From assembly GCA_963667785.2 (NCBI GenBank), contig CAXXMU010000001.1, positions 960,001 through 1,024,000 on the forward strand: 64,000 bases of DNA, given 5' to 3'. This DNA is from Alphaproteobacteria bacterium. Its GTDB lineage: Bacteria; Pseudomonadota; Alphaproteobacteria; UBA828. The notes under the pieces are model-generated. The model was not told where the DNA came from. It searched no databases and saw nothing but the letters and a program-made list of their open reading frames with translations. Positions within the stretch are counted from its first letter, which is position 1. Each line of letters begins with the position of its first letter. Shown here piece by piece: positions 26,090 to 36,205 of the stretch. The position numbers and the translations under genes are program-made.

Positions 26090-29000
26090 CTACCACCTGA
26101 TGGCGCCTCTGAGCATCACCCCGTGCTCGGCCCGGCCGGCGCCGTTGTCGTTGACCGGCTCCTGCCGCACGGCGTCGAGGCCGATCTCGAATCCCGGATC
26201 GCCCGGCACGACCGAGGTCAGCCGCCAGCCGATGCGGTACTCGCGCGCCGCGTCCGAGAGCGCGAAGCCCAGGTTCGGCGTACCCGTGAAGCGGTCGCCG
26301 AGCACGGACAGCCCGTAGCCGAGCTCGCCCTGGAGGCCCCGCGCCGCTTCGAACTCGGCGCCGCCCGGCGCGAGCTCCGCCGCCCGCTGCGCGCCCCACA
26401 GACGCTCCGACCCGCCCGCCGCCGCCCCCAGCGTGGGGCTGAGCGAGAAGGAGAGGCCGCGCCCGCGCTCATTGGGCGCAAGACGCACCGCGCCCGAGAC
26501 GCCCCACTCCTCGTAGTCCGAGTCCGCATGCGCCACCAGCATCCGCGCCTTCGCCTCGACCGAGAGCCCCGTCGCCGGATCGGCGTAGCTGACGCCGCCG
26601 CCGAGCTCCACGCCCGTCCCAGTCTCGGCGTCGCCGCCGTCATGGCGCAGCCCGAGCTCCAGAGACGGCCGCAGCACCGCGCCGCCGCCTGTCTGGAACG
26701 CGCGGCCGCCTTCCAGGATCAGCCGCACCCGGTTCGCTTCCGCCGTCGTCTTGCCCTCGTTCGACACCGGGTCGGACTCGGTCTCCACATGGAACGCGTC
26801 CGCCTTGAGCGCGAGGTCCATCACGCCGGTCTCGTCCTGCGTCAGCAGCGCGCCGCGGCCGCCGAGAGCGGCCAAGCGCATCTCCAGGTCGGTCCGGGTC
26901 GTCCGCTCCGGCTGGCCCCGGTCGTTCGCCGCCTGCACGATGGTCATGTCGCCGGTGCCCCAGCCCGCGAGGCCCCACACCGAGACCCGGTCGGTCACCA
27001 TGAACCGCGCATAGGGGCTCACGGTGGTCATCGTGCTCTCGACCGTCCCGGAGTCCACCTCCGGCTGGTCGAACCGCCCCTCGCCCTCGCTCACCGATAT
27101 GGCGACGCCGGCAAGCAGCCGCTCCCACTCCGCGTCCGTGCCGAGGATCCCGGTGGTCACCTCGCCGTCGACGCGCACGTTGCCGGTCTCCGCCGGCGCC
27201 GCGCCGTCGAAGCCGCCCACCGTCACCCGGCCCCAGGCCGCAAGGCCCGGACCGCCCCCGTCGCCCTCTCGGGCGAGGTGGAACGCGCTCCCCAGCAGCA
27301 GCTCGCGGCCCGACAGCTCGCGCATCGTCGTGCTGGCCGGCGCGGGAGACTCACCGACGCCCACGCCCGTCCCGCGCCAGCCGCCTGCCCCGGACCCCGA
27401 TCCGGGGTCGTCCTCGGGCTCCGGCCCCGCCGGCGCGCCCAGCGCCTGCGCGACAGAGGTCAGCGTCTGCCCGAGCCACGCCTCGTCCTGCGTCTCCGCG
27501 AGGTCGACGCTCACACCACCCACCGTCACCTGCGCACCGCTGAGCGGGCCGGCCAACCGGTCCGAGACCGCCTCGGTCACGTGCCCCGCCACCGTCCGCC
27601 CAAAGCGCGAGAGCCACATCTTCTGCAGCGGGTCCGCGTTCGTGATCGTGCCGGTCGCCTCGCCGTCGGCGATCGCCGCCCCTTGCGCGTTCCGGAGCCT
27701 CAAGGTGAACGTCTCGCTCCCCTCGTCCAGCGCGTCGTCGAGGATCGGCACGCTCACCGTCTTCTCGAGCTCGCCCTGGGCGAAGCTCAGCGTGCCCTGG
27801 GTCCGGGTGTAGTCCTCGCCCGCCACCGCCGTGCCGTCGGCGGTCGCGTAGTCGACCGTCACCGTGCCTGACACCGCGCGGCCGAGCGTCACCCGGAACG
27901 CCATCGCTTCGTCGGCGCCCTCGCGCGCCTCGGCGTCCGCCACCGACAGCGTTGCCGGCCCCCCCACCGTCGCCGACACCGTGTTCGCGAGCTTGCGCCC
28001 GGCCTCGGTGCACACCGCCCCCGGCAGCCCGCAGTCCGTCGCCGCGGGAAGGGTGATCGTCACGTCCTCGAACGACGCCGGGCGCACCGAGATCGTCCAG
28101 CGGTCGTTCCGGCCCCGCGCGATGCGCTTCGCTTCCCGCACCCGGCCGCCGGTCACCACGAACGCATGGTCCCTGAGCACCCGGTAGCCGAACCGGCCCG
28201 GGAAGTCCTCGCTGAAGCGGAGCTCGAAGCTGAACAGGCGCCGCCCGTCGTGCTCCGCCGGCACGCCGGTGAACGTCGCCGTCAGCGGCGGCAGCAGGGG
28301 CGCCACCGCCCCGGTCGCCGCGCTCGTCAGCGTCTCGCGGTACCCGGCGTCGTCGCTGAACGTCACCCGCACCTTGACCGTGCGCCCCTCTTCCGCCTCC
28401 GTGAGCGTGTAGCGCGCACCCGTGGCGCCCGCGATCACCGCGTCCGCGCCGTCGCCGCTCGAGACCCACTGGAAGGCGAACGCGGCCCCCGAGAGCCCGT
28501 TCGCGTCGGCGATGCCGGCCGTGGTCGCCGCGAGCGTCTCGCCCACCCGTGCCGTGCCCTCGATCGCCGGCGCGCCCGTCGCCGCCACGTTGGCGGGCCG
28601 CGGCACCGAGTTCGCCACCGCCATGTCGATGACGTTGGCGAGCTGGCTGCCGTGGACGTCCGACAGGCCGAGCGCGCCCCGCGGGCGCCGGTAGCTCACC
28701 GTCACCGTCTCCCCCGCCGCGATGTCGCGGTCGAGCGTCAGCCTCAGCTCGCGCGGATCGTCGCTCGAGAAGGACGCCCCGGTCACCGCCGCCGCGCCGC
28801 CCGAGGCCGAGACCGTGAACCACGCCGCCTGCGGCGCCGACCCGGTCGCGAACGCGTGCCGGCCCCGCAGGACGCTGCTTGCGTCCGAGTTGCTGCCGAC
28901 TCCGCCCGAGCTGCCGCCCACCGTCGCGCTCAGGATCCCGTTTCGGCTGCACGCGCCCGCCCGCGCGTTCGTCACGGGCACGCCGAAGAAGTCGGACACG

Positions 29001-32000
29001 TCGGCGCCGTCGAGACCCTGGAGCGGGGACTCGTCGGGGACGTCGTAGGCCAGCGTGAACGGGGCGGCGTCCTCGCAGGGATGCAGCGGGTGACGCAGGT
29101 GCAGCACCACCCTTCTTCGGTCGGCCAACTCGACCCTGGTCACCGTCAAGTCGTACAGCTCCCGATCCGCCTCCCTCTCCGAATCCTCCAGCGCATCGTG
29201 GACCGTGAACGCCGCCGGGGCCGGCAGGCTCGCCGGGTCCAGCGCCCTGTCGTAGGTCAGCACGACCCGTGCGCCGTCCACGACCGCCGATTGCGCCACC
29301 GGAGCTTCAGGCGACTTGGCAATCAGCACCTGCCGGAACTTCGTCGCGGCGTTCCCCGCCTCGTCCTGGATGAGGTTCGTCCCGGGCGTGTAACTTACGA
29401 TGAAAGTCCGCCCGGCCGGGGCCCGGCCGTCCAGCGTCAGGACCACGGCCTTGCCTTCGACCGCGACCTGCCACACGGTCGCGCCGCCTTCCGCCGTCAA
29501 GCCGAAGTCCCCGATCGAGGGCACGGAGGCCGCGTCCAGCGCCTTGTCGTAGTACAGCGCCAGCTTCGTCCGCGCCGGGCTCGCGCTCACCTGCGCCACC
29601 GCGGCGCCCAGCAGCACCGGCGCCACGCGGTCGAACACCGTGGCCCGGAACCCGTCGAACGACCGCACCTCGGGGTTGCCGGTGCCCGCGCCCTTGAGCG
29701 GGTTGGCGGCCGGCTTGGTGTAGGACACCGAGGCCACCACGTCGCCGGGCACCGCCTCATCCAGATACACATCGACGACGGCACCGTCGATCTGCGGGGG
29801 AAACGCGTTCCCGGACTTGCCGGCGATGCTGCGCCGGTCGTCGTTCGCGTCGGTGGTCGTGACCACGAAGGCGCTGCTCCCGGACGGCACCGACGTCGCG
29901 TCCAGCGCCCCGTCGAAGATCAGCCGCAGCCGATCTCCCCCGACCGTCGCGCGCAGCGGCGCCGGCCCCACGGCGCCCGCCATGTTGTTCGTCACCGCCA
30001 GGTCCCTGAACCACGCCACCTTCTTGCCGGGCGTGCCCGTGCCCTTCAGCAGGGCGCCGTCGTAGGTCAGCCTGATGTTGTCGTCGCCCGCGCGCGCCGG
30101 CGTGCCCAGGGTCAGCGTCAGCGTGCTGCCGCTCACGCCGACCGCAATCGGGCTCTGGCTGAGGGTTCGGTCGCCGGCGTTGAGGCCGCCCGCGCCCTGC
30201 ACAAGCAGGTAGAACCGCATCGACGTCAGCGCGGATCCGCTCAACGAAGCAAGCGGCTGGTCGAAGGTCACCGTCAGCGCGGCGCCGTCCACCGCCGCGC
30301 CCGTCGGCCGCGGCCCCACGTCGGCGCTCGTCTTGCTCCCGTCGACCTTGGCAAACTCGTTGCCCGTGATCGGCAGACCCTGCAGCGTCGGGTCGACGCC
30401 GAGGCCGGTATCGGCGTCGGTGATGGTGGTGAGCGGCGTGAACAGCACCCGCCTCGCTGCGCCCGTCTGCACCCACACCCCGTCGGGGTCCCGGTCGGCG
30501 GCCTGGACCACGTAGGCGAAGCGCAGCGTCTCGTTGCCGTGCAGAAGCTCGGGATTGCTGAGCAGCCTGCGGCTGCCGTCGTTCTGGTTGGCGTTGTCGT
30601 CGCCCAGGTCCAGGCGCAGTTTCACGTCCTTCGCGCCGCTGAGCTTGACCGCCTGCCCGCCGAACTCCACGTCGACGAGTATCCGGTCGCCCCGCACGTA
30701 GGTGTCGTTCGTGCCGTCCCCGTCCGCGTCGTAGCTCGGATGCGAGACGATGTGCACCCGGCTGATCGTCGGCCCGTGGCCGACCCGCACCGAGAAGGTC
30801 TGCCGCGCCTTGTCCGCCGCGTTGCCGACACCGTCCACGTCCGACGCGGTATAGGTGACCTCGAAGGTCCCCGTGCCGGTCGGCGTTCCCGTGAGCGCGC
30901 GGGTCTCCCCGTCGAAGCTGAGCCCCGGGGGCAGCCCTCCTTCCACCCGGTATTTGTAGGGAAAACGAAAGTCGCCGGTCGAGGACACGCTTCCCACGTC
31001 GCCGCCTTCCGCCGGGGGCAGGACCACGGGGTCGATCTTCTCGTTGACCGCGAAGTGCAGCGCTTCCTGCTGCCTCGAAAACGTCGGCGCGCCGTTGCTG
31101 TTGCCGAAGCCGCCCACGCTGGCGTGGAAGAAGGTGCTGACCGAGGCGCCCTCCGGGTCGGTGGCGGTCACGTCGATGCGCACCGACGTCGTCCGGCTCG
31201 CCGCCGCCACGACGTACACCCTTCCGGGCTGGGTAGCCGTCGCGAGCTCCACATGGGGGATGCCGTAACCGAGGATGACGGTGTCCGGCACGTTGCTCAC
31301 CCGCGCCGTGAAGGTCAGGGTGTCGCCGTCCGGATCGCTGAACATGGGCGCCTTGCGGCCGCTGCCGGTGCACTTCGTGTTGTCCACGAGAGGCGTTGCG
31401 CTGATAAGGGTGCCGGCGGGCGCATTGATCGTCCCGAACGACGTGTCCTCGGTCTTCTGCACACAGCCCGACGAGCCGAGCTTCATCCGTATCGGCGCCT
31501 GGTTCGTCGTCGACGTCGAAGCGTTCGTGGTGGCCGTGCCCGAGGCCGACCACGCCCCCTCGCCGACCGCGTTGCCCGCCCGCACCTGCACCCGGTAGGC
31601 GGTGCTCGGCGCAAGACCCGAAATCGTCGCCGAGGTCGTGACGCTGTCCGTGTCCGAAAGCCCGGTCGTCTCGTCCTCCGTGACCCAGTCCGCCTCGTCG
31701 TCCGGGTCGGCGGAGCCCGCGTAATACCGCAGGTCGTAGTCGGTGATCGCCGAGCCGCCGGTGCCCGGCGCCGTCCAGCTCACCGACAGGGTGCTGGCGG
31801 AGTTCGACACCGCGGCGACCGTCAGTCCTCCCGGCACGAGCGGCGGGCCCGTGCCGACGGTGGCGCTGCCCGACTCCGACCAGTCCCCCGTGCCGTGATA
31901 GTTCGTCGCCCGCACCTGCACCCGGTAGGCGGACCCGGTGGCAAGTCCCGAGAGAGTCGCCGAGGTTCCCAAGCCCACATGGTCGTGGCCGCCGGTGTCC

Positions 32001-34969
32001 CCGGCCTCGATCCAGTCGTCCTCGTCCGTCGGGTCGGCGGAGCCCGCGTAGTACCGCACGTCGTAGTCGGTGAGCGGAGAATCATTAATGTCCGGCGGTA
32101 TCCAGTTCACGCTCAGGCTGAGCGCGTCCGTCACCGCAGCCACCGACGGCGCAAGGGGAGCATCGGGCGGGCCCGGCCGGCTAACCCTCACCGGCATGTT
32201 GGTGAAGCCGGCTACCGCTTGGCTGTCGATGTCGAGAATGTTGTTCGTCGTCTTGCGCGCGTAGCTCACCGTGACGGTCTGACCGCGCGTGATCGGATCG
32301 GTTACGCTCACGGGGATGGTCAGCCGGTTGTCCCTGACGGTCGCTTTGGACAGCGGGGTCTTGTCGACCCCGTCCACGGCCACCGTGAAGTTGGTCTTGT
32401 CGAGGCTGTCCGTCACACGGTTGAGACGGTGCAGGTCCTTGGTGAAATAAACGTACACCGCCTCCCCGGTGGAGGTAGTCTGCGCGCTCAGGAACCGGGC
32501 CGCGCCGGTGTGCCCCTTGCCCGCCTCCGACCAGTCGCCGGCGCCCTCGCGGTTCGTCGCCCGCACCTGCGCCTCAAATTTGGCGCCCCGCATCAGGCCG
32601 ACGATCGTGGCCGTCGTGGCGGTGCCGGTGTGGTCGTGCTCCGTCCACGCCGTGTCGCCCTCGCGCCGGTAGCGCACGTCGTAGTCGCTGACCGCCGGCC
32701 ACGCCTCCGGGGCCGCCCAGGTCACGGTCAGCCTGGTGCCGTCCGTCTTCGACACCGTCGGCGCCGCGGGGGCGGCGGGAGGGGTGCCGGGATGGTTGGT
32801 GTGGACCGCCATCTTGCGAGTCTTGGTAGCGGTAACCCACGTGTTAGAGCCGGCGGACGCCCGTTCGAGAGTCGTGTCGATGCTCCACCCGGGCGCGGCG
32901 CCCGCATCCTCACCGGTCGAGTTCGTGGCCCTCCAGCCGACGTTGTCGTTCGCCCCGGAGGTCACGTCGAGGACCACCGAATACCGCGTACTGGGTTTCA
33001 GGTGGATGCCGGCGCCCGCGGCCGTGAAGCGGTTGGTGCCGGACTTCAGGGAGGCCGGATTCGTCAGCGTGCCGAGCAACTTTGAGCCATAAAATTCTTG
33101 GAGCTCCACTCGGTAGCCCGGCTTCGAGCCGGAGCCGACCTGCAGGTCCAGGTCGACGCCGGTCAGCGTGTAGCCGCCGGCGTGGCTGCCGGTGTTGACT
33201 GCCTGGAGGTGGTCCTTGCTGAAGCCGACATTGCCCCCGTCCGCCTGCCCGATATTGCTCACCACGGCCCCGCCCCCGGCGGAACCGCCGCCCCCCGGCG
33301 CGGCGCGCTTGTTTTTGGCGTGGATGCCGATCTTGAGGGCGCGGCTGGAATTCATCGCGGCCCACGAGGTGCCCCCCGAATCCCTCCAAAAGCCCGAGTT
33401 CGCGATGCTCCACCCCGCCGCCGCTCCGGTGTCCTCGGCGTCGGACGTCGTGACCTTCACCCCGGGCGGGTTGGCCCCGGCGCCGCTCGCGTCGACCACC
33501 ATCCAGTACTTTGTGCCGGGCTTCAGGTCGATGCCCCCGAAGGAGGCTTCGAACAGCTGGACCCCCGCGCTCAGCGCCGACGGCCTTCTCAGTGTGCCCA
33601 GGCTCCTGCCCGGCCTGCCGGACGAGTCCGAATAGATGTGCACCGCGTAGGACAGCCCCGCGTTCGATGCCGAACCGCTGAAGTCGATGTCGAGGCTCGC
33701 GCCGGTCAGCTTGTAGCCCGCGGCATGGTTCCCGGTCGTGAACGCCTGCGCGTGGTCGTCATTGAAATCCCTGCTGGCGCTGCTGTCGGTCGTCTGCGTG
33801 ATGTTGGCCACCACCGCCGCCCCCACCCGCGACGGGGAATCGTCGGCGCGCGCAGTGCCCCGGATGGCGAACTTCACCTTTGGGGATCTGGTCAGAAAAT
33901 TGTTGCTGCCGGAGCTGCGCGACGCGCTGTAGTTGGCAATCGTCCACCCCGCCGCCGCGCCGCCGTCCCGCTGGTTCGAATTGGTCCCCCATACCAGTGT
34001 GGTGCTGTCCGCCGTGCTGACGTCCAGCACCACCCAGTACGTCGTGTTGGCCTTGAGCGTGACAGCGCTGGAGGTCGTGAAGAGGGCGTTATGGTCGCCG
34101 CTTTGCGAGGTCGGGTTGGTCAGCGTTCTCAGGACAGTCCCCGGAAGGCCACCCCAGTTCGCCTCCGCGATGGAGACGGTGTAGACCGGCGTCCCGGTCC
34201 CGCCCCTCAATGCAAGCCACACGCCGGTCAGGTCGTAGCCGGGGGCGTGGCTGCCGGTGGTGAACGCCTGCGCCACGTCGTGGGCCATCGAAACCGTGTC
34301 GTCCGATGACTTGCCGGCGTTGCTCACCAGCGCCCCGCTGGCAAACGTGGGAATGCTGCCGCTGTACCCGGTGTCGTCGTCCTTGATCGTGACATGACAC
34401 CTGTCGTTCTTGCCCCCACGCATCCAATAGTCTCTCATCGTGATGGTGAAGGTCTCATCGCTTTCGTCGAGATCATCCTGTTTGGTGTGAAATCTAACCC
34501 GTCCTTTGTCGCCACCACCCCAAGTGTGCTGCGTGTTCACCACGTTTACGTAGTCGTTGGTGCCAGCGGTCCCCGCAATCGTATCGAACCAGCCGCCATA
34601 ACCATGTGAAGACGCCCTTTCGTGACGAACGACAACGTCGAACGACTCACCTTCGGTTACCACTATGGTGTTGGGCGACTCCCTGTGGTTGGATGACGTC
34701 GCGTCTGGTGGACATTCCAGGTAGTACCTCCCTGCAAAGGCAGGCTCCAACACGCCAACGGTCAACCCGACGAGCAGGCAGGCACCGGCGAGCCAGCGTT
34801 CGGCGCGGAGCCGCGGCGCGGGGGAACGCTTGAGACCCGCGCCCACAGCGCGCCGCAGCCGCGGCAGGAACCCGGCGAAGGAAGGGGAGGAAGCAGGCGC
34901 CGCCGGGCGGCGGAGAGGGGAATTCAGGCGGGAATAGCGCCTCCGCCGGACAGGGTGCGGGCGTCTCAT
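26090..34969 (-). CDS. Giant surface adhesin / autotransporter-like protein (2959 aa)
   Basis: Long leader; three SN..Q..AQAFTTG-type domains; three FN3 repeats; SwmB/Ig-like repeats; DADGDG; Calx-beta (VDYATADGTA..GEDY); C-terminal beta-barrel ending in W. Confidence 0.85.
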   Translation of the reverse strand: MRRPHPVRRRRYSRLNSPLRRPAAPASSPSFAGFLPRLRRAVGAGLKRSPAPRLRAERWLAGACLLVGLTVGVLEPAFAGRYYLECPPDATSSNHRESPNTIVVTEGESFDVVVRHERASSHGYGGWFDTIAGTAGTNDYVNVVNTQHTWGGGDKGRVRFHTKQDDLDESDETFTITMRDYWMRGGKNDRCHVTIKDDDTGYSGSIPTFASGALVSNAGKSSDDTVSMAHDVAQAFTTGSHAPGYDLTGVWLALRGGTGTPVYTVSIAEANWGGLPGTVLRTLTNPTSQSGDHNALFTTSSAVTLKANTTYWVVLDVSTADSTTLVWGTNSNQRDGGAAAGWTIANYSASRSSGSNNFLTRSPKVKFAIRGTARADDSPSRVGAAVVANITQTTDSSASRDFNDDHAQAFTTGNHAAGYKLTGASLDIDFSGSASNAGLSYAVHIYSDSSGRPGRSLGTLRRPSALSAGVQLFEASFGGIDLKPGTKYWMVVDASGAGANPPGVKVTTSDAEDTGAAAGWSIANSGFWRDSGGTSWAAMNSSRALKIGIHAKNKRAAPGGGGSAGGGAVVSNIGQADGGNVGFSKDHLQAVNTGSHAGGYTLTGVDLDLQVGSGSKPGYRVELQEFYGSKLLGTLTNPASLKSGTNRFTAAGAGIHLKPSTRYSVVLDVTSGANDNVGWRATNSTGEDAGAAPGWSIDTTLERASAGSNTWVTATKTRKMAVHTNHPGTPPAAPAAPTVSKTDGTRLTVTWAAPEAWPAVSDYDVRYRREGDTAWTEHDHTGTATTATIVGLMRGAKFEAQVRATNREGAGDWSEAGKGHTGAARFLSAQTTSTGEAVYVYFTKDLHRLNRVTDSLDKTNFTVAVDGVDKTPLSKATVRDNRLTIPVSVTDPITRGQTVTVSYARKTTNNILDIDSQAVAGFTNMPVRVSRPGPPDAPLAPSVAAVTDALSLSVNWIPPDINDSPLTDYDVRYYAGSADPTDEDDWIEAGDTGGHDHVGLGTSATLSGLATGSAYRVQVRATNYHGTGDWSESGSATVGTGPPLVPGGLTVAAVSNSASTLSVSWTAPGTGGSAITDYDLRYYAGSADPDDEADWVTEDETTGLSDTDSVTTSATISGLAPSTAYRVQVRAGNAVGEGAWSASGTATTNASTSTTNQAPIRMKLGSSGCVQKTEDTSFGTINAPAGTLISATPLVDNTKCTGSGRKAPMFSDPDGDTLTFTARVSNVPDTVILGYGIPHVELATATQPGRVYVVAAASRTTSVRIDVTATDPEGASVSTFFHASVGGFGNSNGAPTFSRQQEALHFAVNEKIDPVVLPPAEGGDVGSVSSTGDFRFPYKYRVEGGLPPGLSFDGETRALTGTPTGTGTFEVTYTASDVDGVGNAADKARQTFSVRVGHGPTISRVHIVSHPSYDADGDGTNDTYVRGDRILVDVEFGGQAVKLSGAKDVKLRLDLGDDNANQNDGSRRLLSNPELLHGNETLRFAYVVQAADRDPDGVWVQTGAARRVLFTPLTTITDADTGLGVDPTLQGLPITGNEFAKVDGSKTSADVGPRPTGAAVDGAALTVTFDQPLASLSGSALTSMRFYLLVQGAGGLNAGDRTLSQSPIAVGVSGSTLTLTLGTPARAGDDNIRLTYDGALLKGTGTPGKKVAWFRDLAVTNNMAGAVGPAPLRATVGGDRLRLIFDGALDATSVPSGSSAFVVTTTDANDDRRSIAGKSGNAFPPQIDGAVVDVYLDEAVPGDVVASVSYTKPAANPLKGAGTGNPEVRSFDGFRATVFDRVAPVLLGAAVAQVSASPARTKLALYYDKALDAASVPSIGDFGLTAEGGATVWQVAVEGKAVVLTLDGRAPAGRTFIVSYTPGTNLIQDEAGNAATKFRQVLIAKSPEAPVAQSAVVDGARVVLTYDRALDPASLPAPAAFTVHDALEDSEREADRELYDLTVTRVELADRRRVVLHLRHPLHPCEDAAPFTLAYDVPDESPLQGLDGADVSDFFGVPVTNARAGACSRNGILSATVGGSSGGVGSNSDASSVLRGRHAFATGSAPQAAWFTVSASGGAAAVTGASFSSDDPRELRLTLDRDIAAGETVTVSYRRPRGALGLSDVHGSQLANVIDMAVANSVPRPANVAATGAPAIEGTARVGETLAATTAGIADANGLSGAAFAFQWVSSGDGADAVIAGATGARYTLTEAEEGRTVKVRVTFSDDAGYRETLTSAATGAVAPLLPPLTATFTGVPAEHDGRRLFSFELRFSEDFPGRFGYRVLRDHAFVVTGGRVREAKRIARGRNDRWTISVRPASFEDVTITLPAATDCGLPGAVCTEAGRKLANTVSATVGGPATLSVADAEAREGADEAMAFRVTLGRAVSGTVTVDYATADGTAVAGEDYTRTQGTLSFAQGELEKTVSVPILDDALDEGSETFTLRLRNAQGAAIADGEATGTITNADPLQKMWLSRFGRTVAGHVTEAVSDRLAGPLSGAQVTVGGVSVDLAETQDEAWLGQTLTSVAQALGAPAGPEPEDDPGSGSGAGGWRGTGVGVGESPAPASTTMRELSGRELLLGSAFHLAREGDGGGPGLAAWGRVTVGGFDGAAPAETGNVRVDGEVTTGILGTDAEWERLLAGVAISVSEGEGRFDQPEVDSGTVESTMTTVSPYARFMVTDRVSVWGLAGWGTGDMTIVQAANDRGQPERTTRTDLEMRLAALGGRGALLTQDETGVMDLALKADAFHVETESDPVSNEGKTTAEANRVRLILEGGRAFQTGGGAVLRPSLELGLRHDGGDAETGTGVELGGGVSYADPATGLSVEAKARMLVAHADSDYEEWGVSGAVRLAPNERGRGLSFSLSPTLGAAAGGSERLWGAQRAAELAPGGAEFEAARGLQGELGYGLSVLGDRFTGTPNLGFALSDAAREYRIGWRLTSVVPGDPGFEIGLDAVRQEPVNDNGAGRAEHGVMLRGAIRW

Positions 34970-36057
34970 GGCGTCATCCCCGCGCTGCGAATGAGGGTGC
35001 CGGAATTCGCCCCGCTATCCGTGCTGCGTCCGGGCCGATCGCCCTGAGGAGCAAAATGCGTGGCATCCGCGGTCTGAGCGGCCCGGCCTAACTCCGGAAG
35101 GTCGTTGCCATTCAGCGACGTTGACAATCCGGTCGGGTTCGCTGTCTTGTTTCCAGTCGCGTAGCGAAAATGGGATTTGTCGCTCGTGGCTGTAGCTGCG
35201 TTAGCGTGGCCAACGACGAGCATCCTTATGGGGCCGGAGTCGGTGCCGGAGACCTCTGAAAACGGTCCCGTCGTGCCGCTCGTCCGGACCAGTCGGTAGT
35301 TGGCAATGCTCCAGCCGGTGGTGCTCTCGGCGTCCTCGGCGTGGGAGGACGTGCCCGAAAGCTTGCCGCTCGATCCCTGGAGCACCACCCAGTACGTCCT
35401 GTCGGCAGCGAGCCGGGTGTCGGCGGGCGCTATGAAATAGACGTGGCCGCCGCCACTGCCCGGCGCCACCGCTGCGGTCAGGGTCGCAACCTCGGCGGTG
35501 TTGCCCGGCAGCCCCGTCGCCACTTTCGCGGTCATGCCGGTGGCGAGGTTGAAAACTTGCAGCTGAACACCGTCGAGGAGGTAGCCGTTGGGGTTGCTGC
35601 CAGTGATGAACCCCTGCGCAACGTCCGATGCGCCATAGTCAACTGTCAGGCCGGCCCCTTGATCGAAATTGCCCACCAGTAGCTGATGCGCCACCGCCGG
35701 CGCGGCGAGAGCGAGGGCCGCCAGCACGGCCAACGCCGCTGCCCAGGCGCCCAGGCGCCGCCGCTTGCTGCGGAAAGAGGAGAGGGAAGAAGGCCCCGCC
35801 GGACAGCGGAGGCGGAAGGTCAGACGGCGGGAACGGCGCTCCCGACGGGTGCTGCGCGCGCGGCCCATGGTGTCAGCCGCGCGGCCTAGAAGATGTCGAG
35901 GGAAGCCACCCTGCGAGCGGACGCAGGAGCGGCTCGGCTCGGCTCGGCTCGGCTCGGCTCGGCTCGGCTCGGCTCGGCTCGGCTCGGCTCGGCTCGGCTC
36001 GGCTCGGCTCGGCTCGGCTCGGCTCGGCTCGGCTCGGCTCGGCTCAATTATAATCAT
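34966..36057 (-). CDS. Secreted protein with N-terminal (EPSRA)n tract and one domain like the adhesin N-terminal repeats (alternative start 35868)
   Basis: Hydrophobic signal ALAVLAALALAAPAVA; LLVGNFDQG..VAQGFITG..TYWVV; ATGA overlap with the adhesin. Confidence 0.65.
   Translation of the reverse strand: MIIIEPSRAEPSRAEPSRAEPSRAEPSRAEPSRAEPSRAEPSRSCVRSQGGFPRHLLGRAADTMGRARSTRRERRSRRLTFRLRCPAGPSSLSSFRSKRRRLGAWAAALAVLAALALAAPAVAHQLLVGNFDQGAGLTVDYGASDVAQGFITGSNPNGYLLDGVQLQVFNLATGMTAKVATGLPGNTAEVATLTAAVAPGSGGGHVYFIAPADTRLAADRTYWVVLQGSSGKLSGTSSHAEDAESTTGWSIANYRLVRTSGTTGPFSEVSGTDSGPIRMLVVGHANAATATSDKSHFRYATGNKTANPTGLSTSLNGNDLPELGRAAQTADATHFAPQGDRPGRSTDSGANSGTLIRSAGMTP
35931..36045. repeat. Pentanucleotide microsatellite (GGCTC)23
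   Basis: 23 perfect units counted directly. Confidence 0.97.
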
Positions 36058-36121
36058 CCTCGCCACCCCGCGAGCTACACGTTCCCACCCGAGCCTAATC
36101 GGACCCAAGGGCCTGCAAAAT

Positions 36122-36137
36122 CCTGCAAAATTGAAGG
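36122..36137. promoter_or_regulatory. Cargo palindrome copy 1 (CCTGCAAAATTGAAGG)
   Basis: One mismatch to the 37594 and 45458 copies; upstream of the adhesin operon. Confidence 0.6.
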
Positions 36138-36205
36138 TATCGGCAGCCCGCCGGGACCGCGCAGATCACAGCCGCGGGCTACGCCCCAGCACCGCCCGGC
36201 GGCGG

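Noticed and set aside
31570-32080. Near-identical segments in the adhesin considered as DGR TR/VR or CRISPR repeats
   Set aside because: They are FN3 domain repeats; no reverse transcriptase, cas genes or spacer structure in the window
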